From assembly GCA_964016885.1 (NCBI GenBank), contig OZ024742.1, forward strand, positions 289,416,001 to 289,480,000: a stretch of 64,000 bases of DNA. The letters are read 5' to 3'. The notes under the pieces were generated by a model. It did not search any database and was not told the DNA's origin. It saw only the letters and a list, made by a program, of their open reading frames with translations. Source of the stretch: Eledone cirrhosa (Eukaryota). Below, one piece after another: positions 1 to 15,199 of this stretch. The stretch's first letter is position 1. Each line of letters begins with the position of its first letter. The translations under genes and the position numbers were made by a program.

Positions 1-3000
1 CACCAACCACTCTATATCCTTCACCAAACACCAACCACCAACCTCTCTATATCCTTCACCAAACACCAACCATTAAATATCCTTCACCAAATACCAACCA
101 CTCAATATCATGAACCAAACACCAACCACTCTATATCCTTCACCAAACACCAACCACTCTATATCCTTCACGAAACACCAACCACTCAATATCCTATATC
201 AAATACCAACCACTCAATATCTTTCACGAAACACCAAGCACTCAATATCCTTCACCAAACACTCTATATGCTTCACCAAACACCAACCACTCTATATCCT
301 TCACCAAACACCAACCTCTCTATATCCTTCACCAAACACCAACCATTCAATATCGTTCACCAAATACCAACCACTCAATATCATTAACCAAACACCAACC
401 ACACTATATCCTTCACCAAACACCAATCACTCTATATCCTTCACCAATCACCAACCACTCAATATCCTTCACCAAACAACAACCACTCTATATCCTTCAC
501 CAAACACCAACAACTCTATATCCTTCACCAAACACCAACCACTCAATATCCTACACCAAATACCAACCACTCAATATCCTACACCAAATACCAACCACTC
601 AATATCTTTCACCAAACCCCAACCACTCAATATCCTTCACCAAACACCAACCACTCAATATCCTTCACCAAACACCAACCACTCTATATCCTTCACTAAA
701 CACCAACCACTCTATATCTTTCGCAAAACACCAACCACTCTATATCCTTCACCAAACACCAACCACCAACCATTCTATATCCTTCAACAAACACCAACCA
801 CTCAATATCCTTCACCAAACACCAACCACTCAATATCCTTCACCAAACACCAACCACTCAATATCCTTCACCAAACACCAACCACTCTATATTCTTCACC
901 AAACACCAACCAATCTATATCTTTCACGAAAATCCAACCACTCTATATACTTCACCAAACACCAACTACTCAATATCCTTCACCAAACACCAGCCACTCT
1001 ATATACTTCACCAAACACCAGCCACTCTATATCCTTCACCAAACATCAACCACTCAATATCCTTCACCAAACACCAGCCACTCAATATCCTTCACCAAAC
1101 ATCAACCACTCTATACCCTTCACCAAACACCAACCAATCTATCTTCTTCACCAAACACCAACCACTCAATATCTTTCACGAAACACCAACCACTCAATAT
1201 CCTTCTCCAAACACAAACCACTCAATATTCTTTACCAAATAAGAACCACTCTATATCCTTCACCAAACACCAACCACTCTATATACTTCACCAAACACCA
1301 ACCACTCTATATCCTTCACCAAACACCAACCTCTCAATATCCTTCACCAAACACCAACCACTCAATATCCTTCACCAAACACTAACCACTCTATGTCCTT
1401 CACCGAACACCAACCACTTAATATCCTTCACCAACCACTCAATATCCTTCACCAAACACCAACCACTCAATAACCTTCACCAAACACGAACCATTCAATA
1501 TCCTTCACCAAACACTCTATATGCTTCACCAAACACCAACCACTCTATATCCTTCACCAAACACCAACCACCAACCTCTCTCTATCCTTCACCAAACACC
1601 AACCACTAAATATCCTACACCAAATACCAACCACTCTCTATCCTTCACCAAACACCAACCACTAAATATCCTACACCAAATACCAACCACTCTCTATCCT
1701 TCACCAAACACCAACCACTAAATATCCTACACCAAATACCAACCACTCAATATCTTTCACCAATCACCAACCTCTCCATATCCTTCACCAAACACTCTAT
1801 ATGCTTCAACAAACACCAACCATTCAATATCCTTCACCAAATACCAACCACTCAATATCATTAACCAAACACCAACCACTCTATATCCTTCACCAAACAC
1901 CAACCACTCAATATCCTACACCAAATACCAACCACTCAATATCCTACACCAAATACCAACCACTCAATATCTTTCACCAAACACCAACCACACAATATCC
2001 TTCATCAAACACCAACCACTCAATATCCTTCACCAAACACCAACCACTAAATATTCTTCACCAAACACCAACCACTCTATATCCTTCACCAAACACCAAC
2101 CACCAACCACTCTATATCCTTCACCAAACACCAACCACTCTATATCCTTCACCAAACACCAACCACTCAATACGCTTCACCAAACACCAACCACTCTATA
2201 TCCTTCACCAAACACCAACCACTCAATACGCTTCACCAACCACCAACCACTCTATATCCTTCACCAAACACCAACCACTCAATACGCTTCACCAAACACC
2301 AACCACTCTATATCCTTCACCAAACACCAACCACTCTATATCTTTCACCAAACACCTACCACTCTATCTACTTCACCAAACACCAACCACTCTATATACT
2401 TCACCAAACACCAACCACCAACCTATCTATATCCTTCACCAAACACCAACCATTCAATATCCTTCACCAAATACCAACCACTTAATATCATTAACCAAAT
2501 ACCAACCACTCTATATCCTTCACCAAACACCAACCACTCTCTATCCTTCACCAAACACCAACCACTCAATATCCTACACCAAATAACAACCACTCAATAT
2601 CTTTCACCAAACACCAACCACTCTATATCCTTCACCAAACACCAACCACTCAATATCCTACACCAAACACCAACAACTCTGTATCCTTCACCAAATACCA
2701 ACCACTCTATATCCTTCACCAAGCACCAACCACTCTATATGCTTCACCAAACACCAACCACTCAATATCCTTCACCAAACACAAACCACTCAATGTTCTT
2801 TACCAAATAACAACCACTATATATCCTTCACCAAATAACAACCACTCTATATCCTTCACCAAACACCGACCTCTCAATATCCTTCACCAAACACCAACCA
2901 CTTAATATCCTTCACCAACCACTCAATATCCTTGACCAAACACCAACCACTCAATATCCTTCACCAAACACTCTATATGCTTCACCAAACACCAACCACT

Positions 3001-6000
3001 CTATATCCTTCACCAAACACCAACCACCAACCTCTGTATATCCTTCACCAAACACCAACAACTCAATATCCTTAACCAACCACTCTATATCCTTCACCAA
3101 ACACCAACCACCAACCTCTCTATATCCTTCACCAAACACCAACCATTCAATATCCTTCACCAAATTCCAACCACTTAATATCATTAACCAAATACCAACC
3201 ACTCTATATCCTTCACCAAACACCAACCACTCTGTATCCTTCACCAAACACCAACCACTCTCTATCCTTCACCAAACACCAACCACTCAATATCCTACAC
3301 GACATACCAACCAATCTATATCCTTCACCAAATACCAACTACTCAATATCCTTCACCAAACACCAACCACTCAATATCTTTCACCAAACACCAACCACTA
3401 AATATCCTTCACCAAACACTAACCACACTATGTCCTTCACCAAACACCAACCACTTAATATCCTTCACCAACCACTCAATATCCTTCACCAAACACTCTA
3501 TATCCTTCACCAAATACCAACCACTTAATATCATTAACCAAATACCAACCACTCTATATCCTTCACCAAACACTAACCACTCTCTATCCTTCACCAAACA
3601 CCAACCACTCAATATCCTACACCAAATAACAACCACTCAATATCTTTCACCAAACACCAACCACTCAATATCCTTCACCAAACACTCTATATGCTTCACC
3701 AAACACCAACCACTCTATATCCTTCACCAAACACCATCCTCTCTATATCCTTCACCAAACACCAACCATTCAATATCCTTCACCAAATACCAACCACTCA
3801 ATATCATTAACCAAACACCAACCACTCTATATCCTTCACCAAACACCAACCACTCAATATCCTACACCAAATACCAACCACTCAATATCCTACACCAAAT
3901 ACCAACCACTCAATATCTTTCACCAAACACCAACCACTCAATATCCTTCATCAAACACCAACCACTCAATATCCTTCACCAAACAACAACCACTCAATAT
4001 CCTTCACCAAACACCAACCACACAATATTCTTTACCAAACATCAACCACTCTATATCCTTCACCAAACACCAACCACTCAATATCCTTCACCAAACACCA
4101 ACCACTCAATATCCTACACCAAACACCAACAACTCTGTATACTTCACCAAACACCAACCGCTCTATATCCTTCACCAAGCACCAACCACTCTATATACTT
4201 CACCAAACACCAACCACTCATTATCCTTCACCAAACACAAACCACTCAATGTTCTTTACCACATAACAACCACTATATATCCTTCACCAAATAACAACCA
4301 CTCTATATCCTTCACCAAACACCGACCTCTCAATATCCTTCACCAAACACTAACCACTCTATGTCCTTCACCAAACACCAACCACTTAATATCCTTCACC
4401 AACCACTCAATATCCTTCACCAAACACTCTATATGCTTCACCAAACACCAACCACTCTATATCCTTCACCAAACACCAACCACCAACCTCTGTATATCCT
4501 TCACCAAACACCAACAGTTCAATATCCTTCACCAAATACCAACCACTCAATATCATTAACCAAACACCAACCACTCTCTATCCTTCACCAAAAAACAACC
4601 ACTCTATATCCTTCACCAAACACCAGCCACTCTATATCCTTCACTAAACACCAACCACTCAATATCCTTCACCAAACACCAACCACTCAACATCCTTCAC
4701 CAAACACCAACCACTCAATATCCTTCACCAAACACCAACCACTCAATATCCTTCACCAAACAACCACTCAATATCCTTCACCAAACACCAACAACTCAAT
4801 ATCCTTCACCAAACACCAACCACTCAATATCCTTCACCAAACACCAACCACTCAATATACTACACCAAACACAAACCACTCTATATCCTTCACCAAACAC
4901 TAACCACTCTATATCCTTCACCAAACACAAACCACTCTATATCCTTCACCAAACACCAACCACCAACCACTCTATATCCTTCACCAAACACCAACCACTC
5001 AATATCCTTCACCAAACACCAACCACTCAATACGCTTCACCAAACACTCTATATCTTTCACCAAACACCTACCACTCTATATACTTCACCAAACACCAAC
5101 CACTCTATATCGTTCACCAAACGCCAACCACTCTATATCGTTCACCAAAGATCAACCACTCTATACGCTTCACCAAACACCAACCAATCTATCTCCCTCA
5201 CCAAACACCAACCACTCAATATCCTTCACCAAACACCAACCACTCAATATCCTTTACCAAATAACAACCACTCTATATCCTTCACCAAACAACAACCACT
5301 CAATATACTTCACCAAATAACAACCAATCTATATCCTTCACCAAATACCAACTACTCAATATCCTTCGCCAAACACCAACCACTCAATATCCTTCACCAA
5401 ACACAAACCACTCAATATTCTTTACCAAATAACAACCACTATATATCCTTCACCAACCACTCAATATCCTTCACCAAACACTCTATATCCTTCACCAAAC
5501 ACCAACCACTCTCTATCCTTCACCAAAAATCAACCACTCTATATCCTTCACCAAACACCAACCACTCTATATCCTTCACCAAACACCAACCACTCAATAT
5601 CCTTCACCAAACACCGACCACTCAACATCCTTCACCAAACACCAACCACTCAATATCCTACACCAAACACTCTATATCCTTCACCAAACACCAACCACTC
5701 TATATCCTTCACCAAACACCAACCACTCTATATCCTTCACCAAGCACCAACCACCAACCACTCTATATGCTTCACCAAACACCAACCACTCAATATCCTT
5801 CACCAAACACCAACCACACAATATTCTTTACCACACACCAACCACTCTATATCCTTCACCAAACACCAACCACTCAATATCCTTCACCAAACACCAACAC
5901 AATATTCTTTACCAAACACCAACCACTATATATCCTTCACCAAACACCAACCTCTCAATATCCTTCACCAAACACCAACCACTCAATATCATACACCAAA

Positions 6001-6099
6001 CACCAACCACTCTTTATCTTTCACCAAATACCAACCACTCTATATCCTTCACCAAACACCAACCACTCTATATCCTTCACCAAGCACCAACCACCAACC

Positions 6100-9000
6100 A
6101 CTCTATATGCTTCACCAAACACCAACCACTCAATATCCTTCACCAAACACCAACCACACAATATTCTTTACCACACACCAACCACTCTATATCCTTCACC
6201 AAACACCAACCACTCAATATCCTACACCAAACACCAACAACTCTGTATCCTTCACCAAATACCAACCACTCTATATCCTTCACCAAACACCAATCACTCT
6301 ATATACTTCATCAAATACCAACCACTCTATATCCTTCAGCAAACACCAACCACTCTATATCCTTCACCAACCACCAACCTCTCTATATCCTTCACCAAAC
6401 ACCAACCATTCAATATCCTTCACCAAATACCAACCACTAAATATCATTAACCAAATACCAACCACTCTATATCCTTCACCAAACACCAACCACTCTATAT
6501 CCTTCACCAAACACCAACCACTCAATATCCTACACCAAATACCAACCACTCAATATCTTTCACCAAACACCAACCACTCAATATCCTTCACCAAACACTC
6601 TATATGCTTCACCAAACACCAACCTCTCTATATCCTTCACCAAACACCAACCATTCAATATCCTTCACCAAATACCAACCACTGAATATCATTAACCAAA
6701 CACTAACCACTCTATATCCTTCATCAAACACCAACCACTCAATATCCTACACCAAATACCAACCATTCATTATCCTACACCAAATACCAACCACTCAATA
6801 TCTTTCACCAAACACCAACCACTCAATATGCTTCATCAAACACCAACCACTCAATATCCTTCACCAAACACCAACCACTAAATATCCTTCACCAAACACC
6901 AACCACTCTATATTCTTCACCAAACACCAACCACCAACCACTCTATATCCTTCACCAAACACCAACCACTCAATACGCTTCACCAACCACCAACCACTCT
7001 ATATCCTTCACCAAACACCAACCACTCTATATCTTTCACCAAACACCTACCACTCAATATACTTCACCAAACACCAATCACTCTATATACTTCATCAAAC
7101 ACCAACCACTCTCTATCCTTCACCAAACGCCAACCACTCTATATCCTTCAACAAACATCAACCACTCTATACGCTTTACCAAACGCCAACCAATCTATCT
7201 CCTTCACCAAACACCAACCACTTAATATCATTAACCAAATACCAACCACTCTATATCCTTCACCAAACACCAACCACTCTATATCCTTCACCAAACACCA
7301 ACCACTCTATATCCTTCACCAAACACCAACCACTCTATATCCTTCACCAAACACTTTATATCCTGCACCAAACACCAACCACTCAATATCCTTCACCAAA
7401 CACTCTATATGCTTCACCTAACACCAACCACTCTATATCCTTCACCTAACACCAACCACCAACCTCTCTATATCCTTTACCAAACACCAACCATTCAATA
7501 TCCTTCACCAAATACCAACCACTTAATATCATTAACCAAATACCAACCACTCTATATCCTTCACCAAACACCAACCACTCTCTATCCTTCACCAAACACC
7601 AACCACTCAATACGCTTCACCAAACACCAACCACTCAATATCCTTCACCAAACACTCTATATGCTTCACCAAATACCAACCACTCAAAATCATTAACCAA
7701 ACACCAACCACTCTATATCCTTCATCAAACACCAACCACTCAATATCCTACACCAAATACCAACCATTCAATATCCTACACCAAATACCAACCACTCAAT
7801 ATCTTTCACCAAACACCAACCACTCAATATCCTTCACCAAACACCAACAACTAAATATCCTTCACCAAACACCAACCACTCTATATCCTTCACCAAACAC
7901 CAACCACCAACCACTCTATATCCTTCACCAAACACCAACCACTCAATATCCTTCACCAAACACCAACCACTCAATACGCTTCACCAACCACCAACCACTC
8001 TATATCCTTCACCAAACACCAACCACACTATATCTTTCACCAAACACCTACCACTCTATATACTTCACCAAACACCAACCACTCTATATCCTTCACCAAG
8101 CACCAACCACCAACCACTCTATATGCTTCACCAAACACCAACCACTCAATATCCTTCAGCAAACACCAACCACACAATATTCTTTACCACACACCAACCA
8201 CTCTATATCCTTCACCAAACACCAACCACTCAATATCCTTCACCAAACACCAACCACTCAATATCCTACACCAAACACCAACAACTCTGTATCCTTCACC
8301 AAATACCAACCACTCTATATCCTTCACCAAACACCAACCACTCTATATCCTTCAGCAAACACCAACCACTCTATATCCTTCACCAACCACCAACCTCTCT
8401 ATATCCTTCACCAAACACCAACCATTCAATATCCTTCACCAAATACCAACCACTAAATATCATTAACCAAATACCAACCACTCTATATCCTTCACCAAAC
8501 ACCAACCACTCTATATCCTTCACCAAACACCAACCTCTCAATATCCTACACCAAATACCAACCACTCAATATCTTTCACCAAACACCAACCACTCAATAT
8601 CCTTCACCAAACACTCTATATGCTTCACCAAACACCAACCACTCTATATCCTTCACCAAACACCAACCTCTCTATATCCTTCACCAAACACCAACCATTC
8701 AATATCCTTCACCAAATACCAACCACTGAATATCATTAACCAAACACTAACCACTCTATATCCTTCATCAAACACCAACCACTCAATATCCTACACCAAA
8801 TACCAACCATTCATTATCCTACACCAAATACCAACCACTCAATATCTTTCACCAAACACCAACCACTCAATATGCTTCATCAAACACCAACCACTCAATA
8901 TCCTTCACCAAACACCAACCACTAAATATCCTTCACCAAACACCAACCACTCTATATTCTTCACCAAACACCAACCACCAACCACTCTATATCCTTCACC

Positions 9001-10150
9001 AAACACCAACCACTCAATATCTTTCACCAAACACCAACCACTCAATACGCTTCACCAACCACCAACCACTCTATATCCTTCACCAAACAGCAACCACTCT
9101 ATATCTTTCACCAAACACCTACCACTCAATATACTTCACCAAACACCAACCACTCTATATCCTTCACCAAACGCCAACCACTCTATATCCTTCAACAAAC
9201 ATCAACCACTCTATACGCTTTACCAAACGCCAACCAATCTATCTCCTTCACCAAACACCAACCACTTAATATCATTAACCAAATACCAACCACTCTATAT
9301 CCTTCACCAAACACCAACCACTCTATATCCTTCACCAAACACCAACCACTCTATATCCTTCACCAAACACCAACCACTCTATATCCTTCACCAAACACTT
9401 TATATCCTGCACCAAACACCAACCACTCAATATCCTTCACCAAACACTCTATATGCTTCACCTAACACCAACCACTCTATATCCTTCACCTAACACCAAC
9501 CACCAACCTCTCTATATCCTTTACCAAACACCAACCATTCAATATCCTTCACCAAATACCAACCACTTAATATCATTAACCAAATACCAACCACTCTATA
9601 TCCTTCACCAAACACCAACCACTCTATATCCTTCACCAAACACCAACCACTCTCTATCCTTCACCAAACACCAACCACTCAATACGCTTCACCAAACACC
9701 AACCACTCAATATCCTTCACCAAACACTCTATATGCTTCACCAAATACCAACCACTCAAAATCATTAACCAAACACCAACCACTCTATATCCTTCATCAA
9801 ACACCAACCACTCAATATCCTACACCAAATACCAACCATTCAATATCCTACACCAAATACCAACCACTCAATATCTTTCACCAAACACCAACCACTCAAT
9901 ATCCTTCACCAAACACCAACAACTAAATATCCTTCACCAAACACCAACCACTCTATATCCTTCACCAAACACCAACCACCAACCACTCTATATCCTTCAC
10001 CAAACACCAACCACTCAATATCCTTCACCAAACACCAACCACTCAATACGCTTCACCAACCACCAACCACTCTATATCCTTCACCAAACACCAACCACTC
10101 TATATCTTTCACCAAACACCTACCACTCTATATACTTCACCAAACACCAA
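6100..10150. repeat. ~2.0-kb higher-order tandem duplication inside the satellite (boundaries approximate)
   Basis: Matching variant strings and pseudo-ORF landmarks at 6107/8123 and 6364/8380 (offset 2016) and at 7409/9453 (offset 2044). Confidence 0.85.
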
Positions 10151-11570
10151 CCCCTCTATATCCTTCACCAAACGCCAACCACTCTATATCCTTCACCAAA
10201 CAGCAACCACTCTATACGCTTCACCAAACGCCAACGCATCTATCTCCTTCACCAAACACCAACCACTCAATATCCTTCACCAAACACTTTATATCCTGCA
10301 CCAAACACCAACCACTCAATATCCTTTACCAAATAACAACCACTCTATATCCTTCACCAAACAACAACCACTCAATATCCTTCACCAAACACCAACCACT
10401 CAATATCTTTCACCAAACACCAACCACTAAATATCCTTCACCAAACACCAACCACTCAATATCCTTCACCAAACACAAACCACTCAATATCCTTCACCAA
10501 ACACCAACCACTCTATATCCTTCACCAAACACTTTATATCCTGCACCAAACACCAACCACTCAATATCCTTCACCAAACACTCTATATGCTTCACCTAAC
10601 ACCAACCACTCTATATCCTTCACCTAACACCAACCACCAACCTCTCTATATCCTTTACCAAACACCAACCATTCAATATCCTTCACCAAATACCAACCAC
10701 TTAATATCATTAACCAAATACCAACCACTCTATATCCTTCACCAAACACCAACCACTCTATATCCTTCACCAAACACCAACCACTCTCTATCCTTCACCA
10801 AACACCAACCACTCAATACGCTTCACCAAACACCAACCACTCAATATCCTTCACCAAACACTCTATATGCTTCACCAAATACCAACCACTCAAAATCATT
10901 AACCAAACACCAACCACTCTATATCCTTCATCAAACACCAACCACTCAATATCCTACACCAAATACCAACCATTCAATATCCTACACCAAATACCAACCA
11001 CTCAATATCTTTCACCAAACACCAACCACTCAATATCCTTCACCAAACACCAACAACTAAATATCCTTCACCAAACACCAACCACTCTATATCCTTCACC
11101 AAACACCAACCACCAACCACTCTATATCCTTCACCAAACACCAACCACTCAATATCCTTCACCAAACACCAACCACTCAATACGCTTCACCAAACACCAA
11201 CCACTCAATACGCTTCACCAACCACCAACCACTCTATATCCTTCACCAAACACCAACCACTCTATATCTTTCACCAAACACCTACCACTCTATATACTTC
11301 ACCAAACACCAACCCCTCTATATCCTTCACCAAACACCAACCACTCAATATCCTTCACCAAACACTTTATATCCTGCACCAAACACCAACCACTCAATAT
11401 CCTTTACCAAATAACAACCACTCTATATCCTTCACCAAACAACAACCACTCAATATCCTTCACCAAACACCAACCACTCAATATCTTTCACCAAACACCA
11501 ACCACTAAATATCCTTCACCAAACACCAACCACTCAATATCCTTCACCAAACACAAACCACTCAATATCC
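9370..11570. repeat. 1134-bp higher-order tandem duplication inside the satellite (boundaries approximate)
   Basis: Identical 157-aa pseudo-ORFs at 9453 and 10587, with shared rare variants CACCTAAC and CAAAATCATT. Confidence 0.88.
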
Positions 11571-14500
11571 TTCACCAAATAACAACCACTCTATATCCTT
11601 CACCAAACACCAACCTCTCAATATCCTTCACCAAACACTAACCACTCTATGTTCTTCACCAAACACAAACCACTCAATATCCTTCACCAAATAACAACCA
11701 CTCTATATCCTTCACCAAACACCAACCACTCAATATCCTTCACCAAACACCAACCACTCAATATCCTTCACCAAACACTCTATATGCTTTACCAAACACC
11801 AACCACTCTATATCCTTCACCAAACACCAACCACCAACCTCTCTATATCCTTCACCAAACACCAACCATTCAATATCCTTCACCAAATACCAACCACTCA
11901 ATATCATTAACCAAACACTAACCACTCTATATCCTTCACCAAACACCAACCACTCTATATACTTCACCAAACACCAACCACTCTCTATCCTTCACCAAAA
12001 AACAACCACTCAATATCCTTCACCAAATACCAACCACTCTATAGCCTTCACCAAACACCAACCACTCAACATCCTTCACCAAACACCAACCACTCTATAT
12101 CCTTCACCAAATACCAACCACTCAATATCATTAACCAATAAACCAACCACTGTATATCCTTCACCAAACACCAACCACTCTCTATCCTGCACCAAAAAAC
12201 AACCACTCAATATCCTTCACCAAACACCAACCACTCAATATCCTACACCAAACACCAACCACTCTCTATCCTTCACCAAAAAACAACCACTCAATATCCT
12301 TCATCAAACACCAACCACTCAATATCCTACACCAAATACCAACCATTCATTATCCTACACAAATTACCAACCACTCAATATCTTACACCAAACACCAACC
12401 ATTCAATATCCTTCACCAAACACCAACCATTCAATATCCTTCACCAAATACCAACCACTCTCTATCCTTCACCAAACACCAACCACTCAATATCCTACAC
12501 CAAATACCAACCACTCGATATCTTTCACCAAACACCAACCACTCAATATCCTTCACCAAACACTCTATATGCTTCACCAAACACCAACCACTCTATATCC
12601 TTCACCAAACACCAACCTCTCTATATCCTTCACAAAACACCAACCATTCAATATCCTTCACCAAATACCAACCACTCAATATCATTAACCAAACACCAAC
12701 CACTCTATATCCTTCATCAAACACCAACCACTCAATATCCTACACCAAATACCAACCATTCAATATCCTACACAAAATACCAACCACTCAATATATTTCA
12801 CCAAACACCAACCACTCAATATCCTTCACCAAACACCAACCACTCAATACGCTTCACCAACCACCAACCACTCTATATCCTTCACCAAACACCAACCACT
12901 CAATATCCTTCACCAAACACCAACCACTCAATACGCTTCACCAACCACCAACCACTCTATATCCTTCACCAAACAACTACCACTCTATATACTTCACCAA
13001 ACACCAACCACTCTATATCCTTCACCAAACGCCAACCAATCTATCTCCTTCACCAAACACCAACCACTCAATATCCTTCACCAAACACTTTATATCCTGC
13101 ACCAAACACCAACCACTCAATATCCTTCACCAAATACCAACCACTTAATATCATTAAACAAATACCAACCACTCTATATGCTTCACCAAACACCAACCAC
13201 TCTATATCCTTCACCAAACACCAACCACTCTCTATCCTTCACCAAACACCAACCACTCAATATCCTACACAAATTACCAACCACTCAATATCTTTCACCA
13301 AACACCAACCACTCAATATCCTTCACCAAACACTCTATATGCTTCACCAAACACCAACCACTCTATATCCTTCACCAAACACCAACCTCTCTATATCCTT
13401 CACCAAACACCAACCATTCAATATCCTTCACCAAATACCAACCACTCAATATCATTAACCAAACACCAACCACTCAATATCCTACACCAAATACCAACCA
13501 TTCAATATCCTACACCAAATACCAACCACTCAATATCCTTCATCAAACACCAACCACTCAATATCCTTCACCAAACACCAACCACTAAATATCCTTCACC
13601 AAACACCAACCACTCTATATCCTTCACCAAACACCAACCACCAACCACTCTATATCCTTCACCAAACACCAACCACTCAATATCCTTCACCAAACACCAA
13701 CCACTCAATACGCTTCACCAACCACCAACCACTCTATATCCTTCACCAAACACCAACCACTCTATATCTTTCACCAAACACCTACCACTCTATATACTTC
13801 ACCAAACACCAACCACTCTATATCCTTCACCAAACGCCAACCAATCTATCTCCTTCACCAAACACCAACCACTCAATATCCTTCACCAAACAACAACCAC
13901 TCAATATCCTTCACCAAATAACAACCAATCTATATCCTTCACCAAATACCAACCACTCTATATCCTTCACCAAACAACAACCACTCACTATCCTTCACCA
14001 AACACCAACCACTCAATATCTTTCACCAAACACCAACCACTAAATATCCTTCACCAAACACCAACCTCTCAATATCCTTCACCAAACACTAACCACTCTA
14101 TGTCCTTCACCAAACACCAACCACTTAATATCCTTCACCAACCACTCAATATCCTTCACCAAACACCAACCACTCAATATCCTTCACCAAACACTCTATA
14201 TGCTTCACCAAACACCAACCACTCTATATCCTTCACCAAACACCAACCACCAACCTCTGTATATCCTTCACCAAACACCAACCGTTCAATATCCTTCACC
14301 AAATACCAACCACTCAATATCATTAACCAAACACCAACCACTCTATATCCTTCACCAAACACCAACCACTCTCTATCCTTCACCAAACACCAACCACTCT
14401 ATATCCTTCACTAAACACCAACCATTCAATATCCTTCACCAAATACCAACCACTCAATATCATTAACCAAACATCAACCACTCTATATCCTTCACCAAAC

Positions 14501-15199
14501 ACCAACCACTCTATATCCTTCACCAAACACCAACCACTCTCTATCCTTCACCAAACACCAACCAATCAATATCCTACACCAAATACCAACCACTCAATAT
14601 CTTTCACCAATCACCAACCTCTCCATATCCTTCACCAAACACTCTATATGCTTCAACAAACACCAACCAGTCTATATCCTTCACCAAACACTAACCACTC
14701 TATGTCCTTCACCAAACACCAACCACTTAATATCCTTCACCAACCACTCAATATCCTTCACCAAACACTCTATATGCTTCACCAAACACCAACCACTCCA
14801 TATCCTTCACCAAACACCAACCACCAACCTCTGTATATCCTTCACCAAACACCAACCGTTCAATATCCTTCACCAAATAGCAACCACTCAATATCATTAA
14901 CCAAACACCAACCACTCTATATCCTTCACCAAACACCAACCACTCTCTATCCTTCACCAAAAAACAACCACTCTATATCCTTCACCAAACACCAGCCACT
15001 CTATATCCTTCACTAAACACCAACCACTCAATATCCTTCACCAAACACCAACCACTCAACATCCTTCACCAAACACCAACCACTCAATATCCTTCACCAA
15101 ACACCAACCACTCAATATCCTTCACCAAACAACCACTCAATATCCTTCACCAAACACCAACAACTCAATATCCTTCACCAAACACCAACCACTCAATAT